This document shows, one piece after another, positions 22,383-30,943 of a stretch of 64,000 bases of DNA. Positions within the stretch are counted from its first letter, which is position 1, and every line of letters starts with the position of its first letter. Both the position numbers and the translations under genes were made by a program. Below the pieces are notes generated by a model. It was not told the DNA's origin. It did not search any database and was given only the letters and a program-made list of their open reading frames with translations. The stretch covers positions 640,001 to 704,000 of the forward strand of contig CAWBGA010000017.1 of the NCBI GenBank assembly GCA_963788195.1. Reading direction: 5' to 3'. The DNA is from Nitrospirota bacterium. Lineage in GTDB: Bacteria > Nitrospirota > Nitrospiria > Nitrospirales > NS-4.

Positions 22383-22971
22383 CGCAATACTCTACCCCGC
22401 CCACGCGCTGCACCTGATGGAAACACGAGAAGGCCATGGGACGCTTTTGCTGACCGAGTCCCTACACATACAATTCAGCGACGCCCGCGCGCGCATCCTT
22501 TGCCAAGAGATCGAGCGTGAAGAAAGACAGAATTCCGACGACACGCTACCGGTATCGCTGGTCAAAGTGTGTGAGGAGATCAAAGATCTGTTGCCGCTAC
22601 GCACACATTCCAAAGACTGGGAGGGATTTGCAGTCAAGCGCGTCATCAGAGGTGGAGGGCGCCAGATATTTGTCTGCGGAATCGGGTTGCCGGCCGGAGT
22701 GGCCGGTGAAGAGCCTGGGATCTTGTTAACCCTTGACTACATCGGCACTCGCGCCAGGCCACCCCTTCAACAAGCGATGGCCCAATTCAACCTCACCCGC
22801 CGGGAGGGTATGGTAATCGAGAATCTACTAAAGGGGCGAACTAATAAGGAGATCGCGAACGAGCTGAATATTTCTGCGCAGACGGCAAAAGAACACGTGA
22901 AACACATCATGGAAAAAACAAAGACCACGACGCGCACCGCCATTCTTTCAGCCTTGACCGGCCTTGACTGA
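22372..22971 (+). CDS. LuxR-family HTH transcriptional regulator
   Basis: C-terminal LTRRE...GRTNKEIA.EL.IS.QTAKEHVKHIMEK; start uncertain. Confidence 0.85.
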   Translation: MNSSAILYPAHALHLMETREGHGTLLLTESLHIQFSDARARILCQEIEREERQNSDDTLPVSLVKVCEEIKDLLPLRTHSKDWEGFAVKRVIRGGGRQIFVCGIGLPAGVAGEEPGILLTLDYIGTRARPPLQQAMAQFNLTRREGMVIENLLKGRTNKEIANELNISAQTAKEHVKHIMEKTKTTTRTAILSALTGLD

Positions 22972-23104
22972 CGCTTGACCCCCTGCCTGCCTCAAGATTT
23001 ATCGATCTCGGTCACTGCATTCGACTTGCCTTGATTTTTCTTCCACGCGACAGTTAGGCTTACGCCGCCGTCACGTCGCGTTCGCGCAACTGGGCTTAGA
23101 CTCC

Positions 23105-23923
23105 ATGAAACAACATCGCATTCGCCCGGGCTCCAGGGTGAAGCTCTCCGACATCGATCCTGACGACACCGGAGACTATCCTCCGGACGACAAGGGCAGG
23201 GCCGCGGCCGAGGAGGACCTCAAGGGGCTGTTGGATAAGCTCAGGAAGCTACAGGAGCGGCTGTATGCGCATTCGACGCAAGCGATCCTGATCGTCTTGC
23301 AAGCCATGGATACCGGCGGGAAGGATGGCACAATCAAGCGTGTGATGAGCGGTGTGGACCCGCTGGGTTGCCGGGCGACATCCTTCAAGGTCCCGACCGC
23401 GATCGAGCTCGCCCATGATTTTTTGTGGCGCGTGCACCACGAAGTACCGCGAACTGGACACATCGGGATTTTCAATCGCTCGCACTACGAAGATGTTCTG
23501 GTGACCCGCGTGCATGGGCACATCACCGACAAAGAGGCCGAGCAGCGGTTCTTGCACATCAATAACTTTGAACGACTGCTGGCGCAGAGCGGCACCACCG
23601 TGGTCAAATTCTTTCTGCATATTTCGAAGGACGAGCAGCGAAAGCGCCTCGAGGCAAGGCTCCGCGATCCTGAGAAACAATGGAAGTTCAATCCCAGTGA
23701 TCTGGAGGAGCGCAAACTCTGGTCAAAATACCTGGCTGTGTATGAAACCACCATTGCGGCGACGACTACTGACTACGCCCCCTGGTACGTCGTGCCCGCC
23801 AACCGCAAGTGGTACCGGAACCTTGTGGTGGCGAGCACCGTTGTGACCGCGCTGGAAAACATGAAGATCAAACGCGTGCCGCTCCAGGCAGGGATAGACC
23901 CGTCGAAGATCAAGATCCCGTAA
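23105..23923 (+). CDS. ppk2: Polyphosphate kinase 2 family, class III-like (polyP:nucleotide phosphotransferase)
   Basis: LQAMDTGGKDG, FNRSHYEDVL, KFFLHISKDEQ, APWYVVPA. Confidence 0.92.
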   Translation: MKQHRIRPGSRVKLSDIDPDDTGDYPPDDKGRAAAEEDLKGLLDKLRKLQERLYAHSTQAILIVLQAMDTGGKDGTIKRVMSGVDPLGCRATSFKVPTAIELAHDFLWRVHHEVPRTGHIGIFNRSHYEDVLVTRVHGHITDKEAEQRFLHINNFERLLAQSGTTVVKFFLHISKDEQRKRLEARLRDPEKQWKFNPSDLEERKLWSKYLAVYETTIAATTTDYAPWYVVPANRKWYRNLVVASTVVTALENMKIKRVPLQAGIDPSKIKIP

Positions 23924-23932
23924 AGGAGGGTT

Positions 23933-24814
23933 ATGAATAAATCACTCGTGGCTATTCAACGCATGCTGGAGTCCATACCGGGATTGCGCGTGACACGGCG
24001 CGGCTTCGTGCTGACCGCCCTCACCACAGGGTTTGCCCTGGCGGTTCGACCCGTCTCCGCCGAAACTGTGACAACGGACACCAAGGCATTGACCGCGGGT
24101 GAAGTGAAGATCCCGACGAGCGATGGCGCCATTCCTGCCTACCGTGCCATGCCGTCCGAAGGCGGGCCATTCGCAGTGGTGCTGGTTGTCCAGGAGATCT
24201 TTGGTGTCCACGAACACATCAAGGACGTCTGCCGGCGGCTTGCCAAACTCGGATATCTGGCGGTGGCGCCCGAGCTGTATGCGCGACAGGGCGATGTGTC
24301 CAAGCTGTCGGACAACACCGAAATCATGTCGAAGGTCGTCTCCAAAGTCCCGGATTCTCAAGTCATGGCGGATCTGGACGCCACGGCCGTTTGGGCAAAG
24401 GACTCGGGCTCAGGAAATGTTCAGAAACTGGGCATCACAGGTTTCTGCTGGGGCGGGCGCATTGTCTGGCTCTACGCGGCTCACAGCGCCCAGCTCAAAG
24501 CCGGCGTTGCATGGTACGGGCGGCTGGCGGGTCCCACTTCGGAAACGCAGCCGAAGCATCCTATTGACGTTGTCAGCGCTCTGAAGGCGCCGGTCCTGGG
24601 ATTGTACGGGGGTAACGATCAGGGCATACCCCTTGAGACTATCGAGAAAATGAAACAAGCATTGACGGCCGCCGGTAAACCTTCCGAAATCATTGTCTAC
24701 CCCGACACGCCCCATGGTTTTCATGCCGACTACCGCCCGAGCTATCGCAAAGAACAGGCGAACGACGGCTGGCAACGCCTGCAGGCGTGGTTCAAGCAGC
24801 ACGGAGTGGCGTAG
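23933..24814 (+). CDS. Dienelactone hydrolase family protein with Tat-like leader
   Basis: TRRGF leader, QEIFG, GFCWGG nucleophile motif, HGF. Confidence 0.9.
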   Translation: MNKSLVAIQRMLESIPGLRVTRRGFVLTALTTGFALAVRPVSAETVTTDTKALTAGEVKIPTSDGAIPAYRAMPSEGGPFAVVLVVQEIFGVHEHIKDVCRRLAKLGYLAVAPELYARQGDVSKLSDNTEIMSKVVSKVPDSQVMADLDATAVWAKDSGSGNVQKLGITGFCWGGRIVWLYAAHSAQLKAGVAWYGRLAGPTSETQPKHPIDVVSALKAPVLGLYGGNDQGIPLETIEKMKQALTAAGKPSEIIVYPDTPHGFHADYRPSYRKEQANDGWQRLQAWFKQHGVA

Positions 24815-24926
24815 CCAGCGGTATCTTTTTCCGCCGAACCCGTATCCGCGGCGATAACTCGCAGATCTTCCCACAGCTGTCTCTTTTGACCACTTCCACC
24901 TAAGAAAAGAGCATTTCTGTTCGGCA

Positions 24927-24991
24927 AATCAATCCCTTACAAGCGCAGGTCGCTACCAAGGCGGCCTCCAAGCAAAAGGCATAGGCTTTGC
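24927..24991 (+). promoter_or_regulatory. Sigma-54 promoter with upstream IHF site
   Basis: AATCAAtcccTTA (24927-24939) matches WATCAANNNNTTR; AGGCATAGGCTTTGC is GG-N10-GC (24978-24991). Confidence 0.7.
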
Positions 24992-25037
24992 GATTTATAC
25001 AGGTCAGGACAGGAAAACAAGCTCGGGGAGGCCCAAA

Positions 25038-25412
25038 ATGAAACGGCTGACCGTGAGACTCACAGCAGTGGTAGTGATGATTAGTTCGATCTGCCTCCTG
25101 GCGTTCTCTACTGCTCAGGCGGCGCCAGATTACATCTGGTGCAATAAGATGTCAGACTTGCTGCAAAGTTACCAAGCCAGTAACCCCGCTTCCGATTTCG
25201 AGCCCTACTTCCAAAAACAGGCCGGCTTACGGGAGGCAACTGCCCGCGGAGATAAAGCCGCGTTACGGGCAGGGATTACAGATGTGATAAGGATGGTGGG
25301 TCGGTCGGATATGGACCATGATGCCGCGGTTGAGCTTGTCAACTACCTTTACGTCTGGCGCTCGACAGTCACGGCGCCCGGCAAATATACAGAATATGCG
25401 CGCTCAAAATGA
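25038..25412 (+). CDS. Small secreted hypothetical protein
   Basis: GGAGG RBS, signal peptide ending AQA, downstream of the sigma-54 motif. Confidence 0.7.
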   Translation: MKRLTVRLTAVVVMISSICLLAFSTAQAAPDYIWCNKMSDLLQSYQASNPASDFEPYFQKQAGLREATARGDKAALRAGITDVIRMVGRSDMDHDAAVELVNYLYVWRSTVTAPGKYTEYARSK

Positions 25413-25454
25413 AGAGCGTGTCTGCTACCATCGGGTTGCTAGATAGGGGCTACC

Positions 25455-25706
25455 CTACCTTGGCGTAAGGTCCCCGGCGGCAATTGCCTGATACTCGAAG
25501 CCCGCACGGCTGAGAATGATCTCCCCACTTCGGCTTAAGGCATCCACGGTGAGGAAGACTTGGTTCCAGCTTAACTCGGGTATCTTTGCGATGATTTCCT
25601 CAAAGGTCAAGGGGACAGAACTCGATCGAAGCACATCCAGGACCAATCTGTCTGCTGTGCGCGAAAAATCCATAGGACCTCCTTTGCTTTGTACCCGGCA
25701 CGACAT
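25455..25706 (-). CDS. Small winged-helix-like hypothetical protein
   Basis: LTFEEI...LSWNQVFLTVDALSRSGEI; co-directional with PsiE gene; true start may be MDFSR after AAAGGAGG. Confidence 0.6.
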   Translation of the reverse strand: MSCRVQSKGGPMDFSRTADRLVLDVLRSSSVPLTFEEIIAKIPELSWNQVFLTVDALSRSGEIILSRAGFEYQAIAAGDLTPR

Positions 25707-25708
25707 GA

Positions 25709-26191
25709 CTACACCGGATCAGACTTGGCCGGCGACCACCGCACCGCCAAAATGCGCATGCCGCCAAGGACGAGTAAAATCCCCCCAAGAGCGGCCAAGC
25801 GAATGAGATCGCCGTCCTTGAACCATTGCGATATGACCTCGGTTAACATGACGACCAGGATGGTATCGACGATGAATGTCACCTTGACACGGCCTTCAGT
25901 CAGATAGGCGAGGCAGGTTTTGAACACTTCGACAAGGGCCAGAAGCAACAGAGACGTGACGATGGCCTGCCGAAGCACCTGCTCGACAGGAACATGAAAA
26001 ACGGACCATAGGTCGACAAAGGCTTTCAGGACTCCGACCAGAAGAATTGCAAGGATCGTCACAATAAGAAGATTCAGAATCACCTTCATCCCCTTGATCC
26101 AGTATCGTGTGACGTCCACCTCGACGACCTCGCTCGGAACTCTGGTGTTGGACTGAGGCAGAGCACTCATGCGGAGGGCGGTTTGATCCAT
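25709..26191 (-). CDS. Phosphate-starvation-inducible PsiE family membrane protein
   Basis: About 4 TM helices, LVEVFKT...Y..EGRVKVTFIVD motif. Confidence 0.7.
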   Translation of the reverse strand: MDQTALRMSALPQSNTRVPSEVVEVDVTRYWIKGMKVILNLLIVTILAILLVGVLKAFVDLWSVFHVPVEQVLRQAIVTSLLLLALVEVFKTCLAYLTEGRVKVTFIVDTILVVMLTEVISQWFKDGDLIRLAALGGILLVLGGMRILAVRWSPAKSDPV

Positions 26192-26193
26192 TC

Positions 26194-26931
26194 CTAGGCC
26201 CTCTCAGCCAGCGGGAGGTGCTTTAATGTATATCCGATCCCCCTCAGAGTCTGGAGGTAGCGTGGTCGCGACGGATCGGTCTCAATCTTTTTGCGGATCG
26301 TATGGATATGGACATCGAGATTGTGCTCGAGCACAAAACAATCCTCCCCCCAGAGGAAAGTCAGGAGTTGGTCGCGCGAAAACACGCGGCCAGGCTCCTG
26401 CGCAAGCCTGTGGAGGATGGTAAATTCCATCATGGTCAGGTGCACGGGGGTCTCGGCCATCGTGACCCTATGGCGATCGGAGTCAATCTCAAGATCGCCG
26501 ATTCGCTGCACATTTCCGCTGTCCTGGGGCAGGGATCGCAGTCGTCTCAGGACAGCGCGAACCCTCGCCATCAACTCTCGCGTACTAAAAGGCTTCGCGA
26601 CATAATCGTCTGCCCCAAGATCCAGTCCGGCCACCCGTTCCTGCTCTTCGACTCGCGCAGAGACCATAATGATCGGAATGCGGCGAGTGGTCGGGTTGGC
26701 GCGGAGCCGCCGGCACACCTCCCATCCATCCATACCGGGGAGCATGAGATCCAAGAGGATGAGGGAGGGCAGCAGTCGTTGGGCTTCCCGAAGGCCGGCC
26801 ACCCCGTCATGCGCCATGACCGGCACGAAATGCTCCATGGTGAGCGCCATGCTCAACAGCCGGGAAATGTCAGGGTCGTCTTCAATCACGAGAATATTAT
26901 CCACTATGGCCTCACATCTAGGTTTCTTCAC
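26194..26931 (-). CDS. Second OmpR/PhoB-family response regulator (orphan)
   Basis: LDLMLPGMDG, GADDYVAKPF, LDVHIHTIRKKIE, TLRGIGY. Confidence 0.9.
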   Translation of the reverse strand: MKKPRCEAIVDNILVIEDDPDISRLLSMALTMEHFVPVMAHDGVAGLREAQRLLPSLILLDLMLPGMDGWEVCRRLRANPTTRRIPIIMVSARVEEQERVAGLDLGADDYVAKPFSTRELMARVRAVLRRLRSLPQDSGNVQRIGDLEIDSDRHRVTMAETPVHLTMMEFTILHRLAQEPGRVFSRDQLLTFLWGEDCFVLEHNLDVHIHTIRKKIETDPSRPRYLQTLRGIGYTLKHLPLAERA

Positions 26932-26960
26932 TTGATGGTAGCCGAGGTTTATTCCGTCTC

Positions 26961-26988
26961 GTTCAACTCTGTGTTAACTTTCTGTAAA
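26961..26988 (-). promoter_or_regulatory. Pho-box-like array upstream of second response regulator
   Basis: Minus strand reads TTTACA-gaaag-TTAACA-cagag-TTGAAC, 11-bp period. Confidence 0.65.
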
Positions 26989-27241
26989 GCCTCAAAGATT
27001 CCCCACACGGGGAAAAGCGGCGCAAAGACGTTGATTAAGTCGCTTGCACGGGACGGATTTAGGGTTTTGGCAGGACTTCGATTGTCCCAACGGCTTGAGA
27101 AGAGTCTGCAGATGTGATATGCTTTATATGAGCCACGTTGACTATTCTTCGCGCTTCTTCCTTTCCTCATCCCGCGCGATTGATTCCGTAGCCTTCGCTG
27201 CTCGGGCATGCCCCCAACCTCGGTCGCCGCGGAGGTAACTG

Positions 27242-27523
27242 GTGAAAAAAGGACTGTTAAACATCGTCGGGCTTTCCAATGAGTTCGACGTCACCAAGGG
27301 CTTCCTGGTTCATCTGCTCCGATTCGGCGTACGCACGCCCCACATCTGCGTATCAGAATACGACCTCGCCAACTGCCTCACCGACCTGGGTGTTCTTAAA
27401 CCTGAAGTGAAGCGTTTGGTCGACACCGCAAAGGAATCCGGCGAGGCAAAGACCGCGGAAATTTTGTTCTCAAAGCGGCAGATCCACAAATACTGGTCCG
27501 GCCCGATTCGTCGTCCGGTTTAG
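27242..27523 (+). CDS. Hypothetical protein
   Basis: GGAGGT RBS before GTG; 93 aa. Confidence 0.55.
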   Translation: MKKGLLNIVGLSNEFDVTKGFLVHLLRFGVRTPHICVSEYDLANCLTDLGVLKPEVKRLVDTAKESGEAKTAEILFSKRQIHKYWSGPIRRPV

Positions 27524-27561
27524 ATGGATAAAATCAGCCGACTGCTAAACAGGAGAATTCT

Positions 27562-27735
27562 ATGATGCCCGAAGAAAAAATTGCGAAGATGACGAAAGCG
27601 ATCAATGAGGCGATCAAGGTGATGGGTGACCGGTTCGGATCGACCGAGGGCGATGTCACAAAAGCCATCCAGTCGTTGAAGGAATCTATGAAGACCGAAG
27701 CTCCGATTCCTGTTCCTGCCCTTCCAAAGGCTTAG
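27562..27735 (+). CDS. Small hypothetical protein (57 aa, below ORF-track cutoff)
   Basis: AGGAG RBS; MMPEEKIAKMTKAINEAIKVMGDRFGSTEGDVTKAIQSLKESMKTEAPIPVPALPKA. Confidence 0.55.
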   Translation: MMPEEKIAKMTKAINEAIKVMGDRFGSTEGDVTKAIQSLKESMKTEAPIPVPALPKA

Positions 27736-27747
27736 AACACGGATCTC

Positions 27748-29433
27748 TTATCTCTTTATTTCGAGGACTCGCCCGTCGTCGACCCGGACCGTTACTGAAT
27801 CACCAGAGCCGATGTTGCTGTCTTTATTGGTATGGATATCAGCGGTGACTGCATATTCTTTCCCTCTTATCCTCAGGTTATAGGTAAAGCCGGCTACTCT
27901 GACCACTTCAGCCTCTACAGCTGCTCCACCTGTTGAAAAGGGTGGAGTATCATTCGTAACGCGCACGCTCACCCTCTTTGTGACTGTGGGTCCTTTTTCG
28001 GGCGTGGCGGATAACGTGTATGTCGTCGTAGACTTTGGTGTGACCTGAATTGACCCTACAAACGGCAGGCTCTTTTCACCCTCGCCGTCCGCTTTGAACT
28101 TGACCTCCTTGGCATTCTCCACCTTCCATATTAACTGAGTCGCCTGTCCCTGCTGAATGGAGTCGGCCTGGGCACTAAAAGTGATGCTCGGGATAGTCTC
28201 AGCCGGCAGCCTAGTATCACCGTCGAGGACCGCTGAAACCGATGCGACCCGGATGTTAACGATCCTGGTGATCGGTGGGCCGGTAGGCGGATAACCGGTC
28301 AACCTATACCTGGTTGTAGCAGTAGGGCTGACCTTCACCTCTCCCATAGGCGGTACTATTTTAGGTGCCTGGTTACCCTGTCTCAGTTCCACATCTTTGA
28401 CAGTGCCGGTATCCCACGAGAGCATCGTGTCCTCGCCCGGCCGTATTGTGGTTCGAGTCGCCTTGAAGCTCAGCTGAGCTTTGGAATCGGACAGGCCGGC
28501 CGCGGGTATCACTTTCAGAGTCAAGGACTCGACCTTCTCTCCATCTTCGTTATGTGCGACCAGCGTGTACGTTTGCGTCGCGTCTGCTTTTACCTCTTGG
28601 CGTCCTGATAAACCCACTTTACCGTGATTGAGCCTGACCTCCGTAGCGCCCGATGTTTCCCAGTGCAGGACGGCGATTTCATTTTTTGCGACTTGCTGCG
28701 GTTCAACCCGGAATTTCACCGTTGGTGCGGGCGCGGGTATTACAGCCACAATGATATCTTTGCGACTTGCGCCATATTTGTTTTTGGCGGTTAATTCGTA
28801 AGAATAGGGCCGCGTTTCTGTAGGAGTCATATCGGTTGATCCTGATAACGCAACCTTCACTCCGTTCAGTGTCACCAATGTTGCCTCGCCGGTTTCCCAC
28901 GTTAGTTTTACTTTTTCGCCACGTTTTACGTTCGATGAACTCGCCGAGAATGTTTTAATGGTGGGCCGCGAACATGTGCTCACACTTACGCTGATCATTA
29001 CGAGGAGGACAATTCCTGCGAGGATTTTTGCCCAGTGTTTCTTGAGTACGTCTGCAAGCTTGTCGGTGCCACCGGATATCGGGGAATATAATGGCCCTGG
29101 TATCGGCGGATTCGGGTTTTTATCGCGCCTCCGGGGTTGAGGTGACGAAAGTACGGGCTTCTCCAGTCGCATGATGATGGTTAAATTGATGATGTCACTG
29201 TGTATGGGGCGTTGAACGACAGCAGTCTCAAACTTCTCTTTTTCTACCGTACAGGTGAGCGTCTCACCGGCGAAGTTGGCATCTTCTCGGTGCTCGAACC
29301 GGCCGACGTTGTTCGTCGACATGGCAAACTCTCGATCCCCTATTGCGAGGATGACCTTGGCCCCCACAATAGGACCTTTTCGCCTCGCCTCTGTCACTGT
29401 GCCTCGGATGTTCATTTCAAACCACGATATCAC
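27748..29433 (-). CDS. Single-pass membrane protein with about 4 Ig-like repeats and C-terminal OB-like domain
   Basis: TM KILAGIVLLVMISVSV; repeats of F.A...G....L.W.T..A..V...G...V.P..T..Y.L.A. Confidence 0.7.
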   Translation of the reverse strand: MISWFEMNIRGTVTEARRKGPIVGAKVILAIGDREFAMSTNNVGRFEHREDANFAGETLTCTVEKEKFETAVVQRPIHSDIINLTIIMRLEKPVLSSPQPRRRDKNPNPPIPGPLYSPISGGTDKLADVLKKHWAKILAGIVLLVMISVSVSTCSRPTIKTFSASSSNVKRGEKVKLTWETGEATLVTLNGVKVALSGSTDMTPTETRPYSYELTAKNKYGASRKDIIVAVIPAPAPTVKFRVEPQQVAKNEIAVLHWETSGATEVRLNHGKVGLSGRQEVKADATQTYTLVAHNEDGEKVESLTLKVIPAAGLSDSKAQLSFKATRTTIRPGEDTMLSWDTGTVKDVELRQGNQAPKIVPPMGEVKVSPTATTRYRLTGYPPTGPPITRIVNIRVASVSAVLDGDTRLPAETIPSITFSAQADSIQQGQATQLIWKVENAKEVKFKADGEGEKSLPFVGSIQVTPKSTTTYTLSATPEKGPTVTKRVSVRVTNDTPPFSTGGAAVEAEVVRVAGFTYNLRIRGKEYAVTADIHTNKDSNIGSGDSVTVRVDDGRVLEIKR

Positions 29434-29523
29434 GTCTGGTAGGTAAAATCCCTATATGTTTATGCAATTAATGGCGGAACTGTCGGAAGCGTTACAAGCG
29501 GGATTAGTAGTACAGGCCTGGCT

Positions 29524-30942
29524 TTATTTGCTGACCGGAACGGATTTGCCCAGAACCATATGATCAGGCGACCATCCACCGCCGAGCGCTCTATAGAGCT
29601 GGACGATCGAGACGAGATGCAGCCGGCGAGTCGCCGCGAGTGACAGTTCGGCGTTGAAAAGACCTTGCTTAGCGGTGAGGACATCGAGATAGTTGGAGAC
29701 GCCGCCCTTGTAACGGAGTTCGGCAAGGTGCAGGGCTGACCGCAGTGCGGCGACCTGAGCTTCTTGTGCTTGCGCCTGTTGGCGGGCCGTACGAACCGCC
29801 ACAAGGGCGTCCTCGACCTCCCTGAAAGCAACAATCACGGTCTTCTCGTATTGAGCGAGGACTTGCCTGGTCTGCGCTTCGACCGCACGCTGTTCGTAGC
29901 CGAGGATCTGAGCGTTGAAGAGAGGACCTGTCAGGCCGAAGCCAGCGGCACCGAAATCGGAGCCTGAGGTAAAAAGATTCGAGAGATGAGGACTCGCCAC
30001 ACCCAGGAGCCCGGTGAGGGTAATCTGTGGGAACCGGTTGGCTTTGGCGACCCCGATCCTGGCCGTCGCCGCGGCCAGTTGCTGCTCAGCCTGTAGAATG
30101 TCCGGGCGCCGCTGCAGCAGTTCCGAGGGCAGACCCGCCGGCACCTCGGAAGGCATAACCTGCTCGGTGAGCATTGGTCCCCGCGGGATTTGAGCAGGAT
30201 TCCGGCCAATGAGCACGCTCAGCTCATTCTCTTTTTGAATCATCTGACGCTCGAGTTCCGCCGAGCGGGCGGCGGCGTTTGCCCGTTCCGCCTCAAATTG
30301 GTCGGCGTCCAGCTTGGGAATCAGTCCCTGGCGTAGGCGCGCCTGGGCAATTTTCACCGACTCTTCCCACGATTGAAGCGTGCGCTTGGCGATATCAAAT
30401 TGCATATCGAATTGACGGAGATCGAAATAAGCCTGGGCCACGCCGCTCACGAGCGATAGGATCACGGCTCGTCGATTCTCTTCCTTTGCCATCAGGTCAC
30501 CGCGCGCTGCCTCATTCGACCGGCGGACACGGCCCCAGATATCCAGCTCCCAGTTGAGGTTTCCTTGGAGATAATAACTCGTCGGCGTGGGAAAACCGTC
30601 GACACTAAACGGTGTGTTCCGAACGACCGGGGCGTTAGCGCTCGCGGTGGCCTGCGGAAGATAGTCGATGCGCGCGGAGCCCAGTCGGGCTTGAAATTCA
30701 TCGACGGTTGCCACCGCCTGTTGGAGATCCTTGTTCTCCTCCAACGCGATGCGCACGAGGTTTTGGAGTTCGTCGTCACGGAGCAACTGCCACCAGGGTA
30801 GATTGGCGATCGACGCTCCCTCGGTTTCTGTCATTCTGAAAGAATCCGGCGCAGGAGTTTTCGGACGTTTATAGTCAGGCCCCATAGCGCAGGCTGTGAG
30901 CGTCAGCATCACGAGACCCAGACCAAGGTGCCGGGCGTGCAT
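29524..30942 (-). CDS. RND efflux outer-membrane lipoprotein (OprM/NodT family)
   Basis: LTAC lipobox, WELDIWG, PSELLQRRPDI, LYRALGGGW. Confidence 0.93.
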   Translation of the reverse strand: MHARHLGLGLVMLTLTACAMGPDYKRPKTPAPDSFRMTETEGASIANLPWWQLLRDDELQNLVRIALEENKDLQQAVATVDEFQARLGSARIDYLPQATASANAPVVRNTPFSVDGFPTPTSYYLQGNLNWELDIWGRVRRSNEAARGDLMAKEENRRAVILSLVSGVAQAYFDLRQFDMQFDIAKRTLQSWEESVKIAQARLRQGLIPKLDADQFEAERANAAARSAELERQMIQKENELSVLIGRNPAQIPRGPMLTEQVMPSEVPAGLPSELLQRRPDILQAEQQLAAATARIGVAKANRFPQITLTGLLGVASPHLSNLFTSGSDFGAAGFGLTGPLFNAQILGYEQRAVEAQTRQVLAQYEKTVIVAFREVEDALVAVRTARQQAQAQEAQVAALRSALHLAELRYKGGVSNYLDVLTAKQGLFNAELSLAATRRLHLVSIVQLYRALGGGWSPDHMVLGKSVPVSK

Positions 30943-30943
30943 C

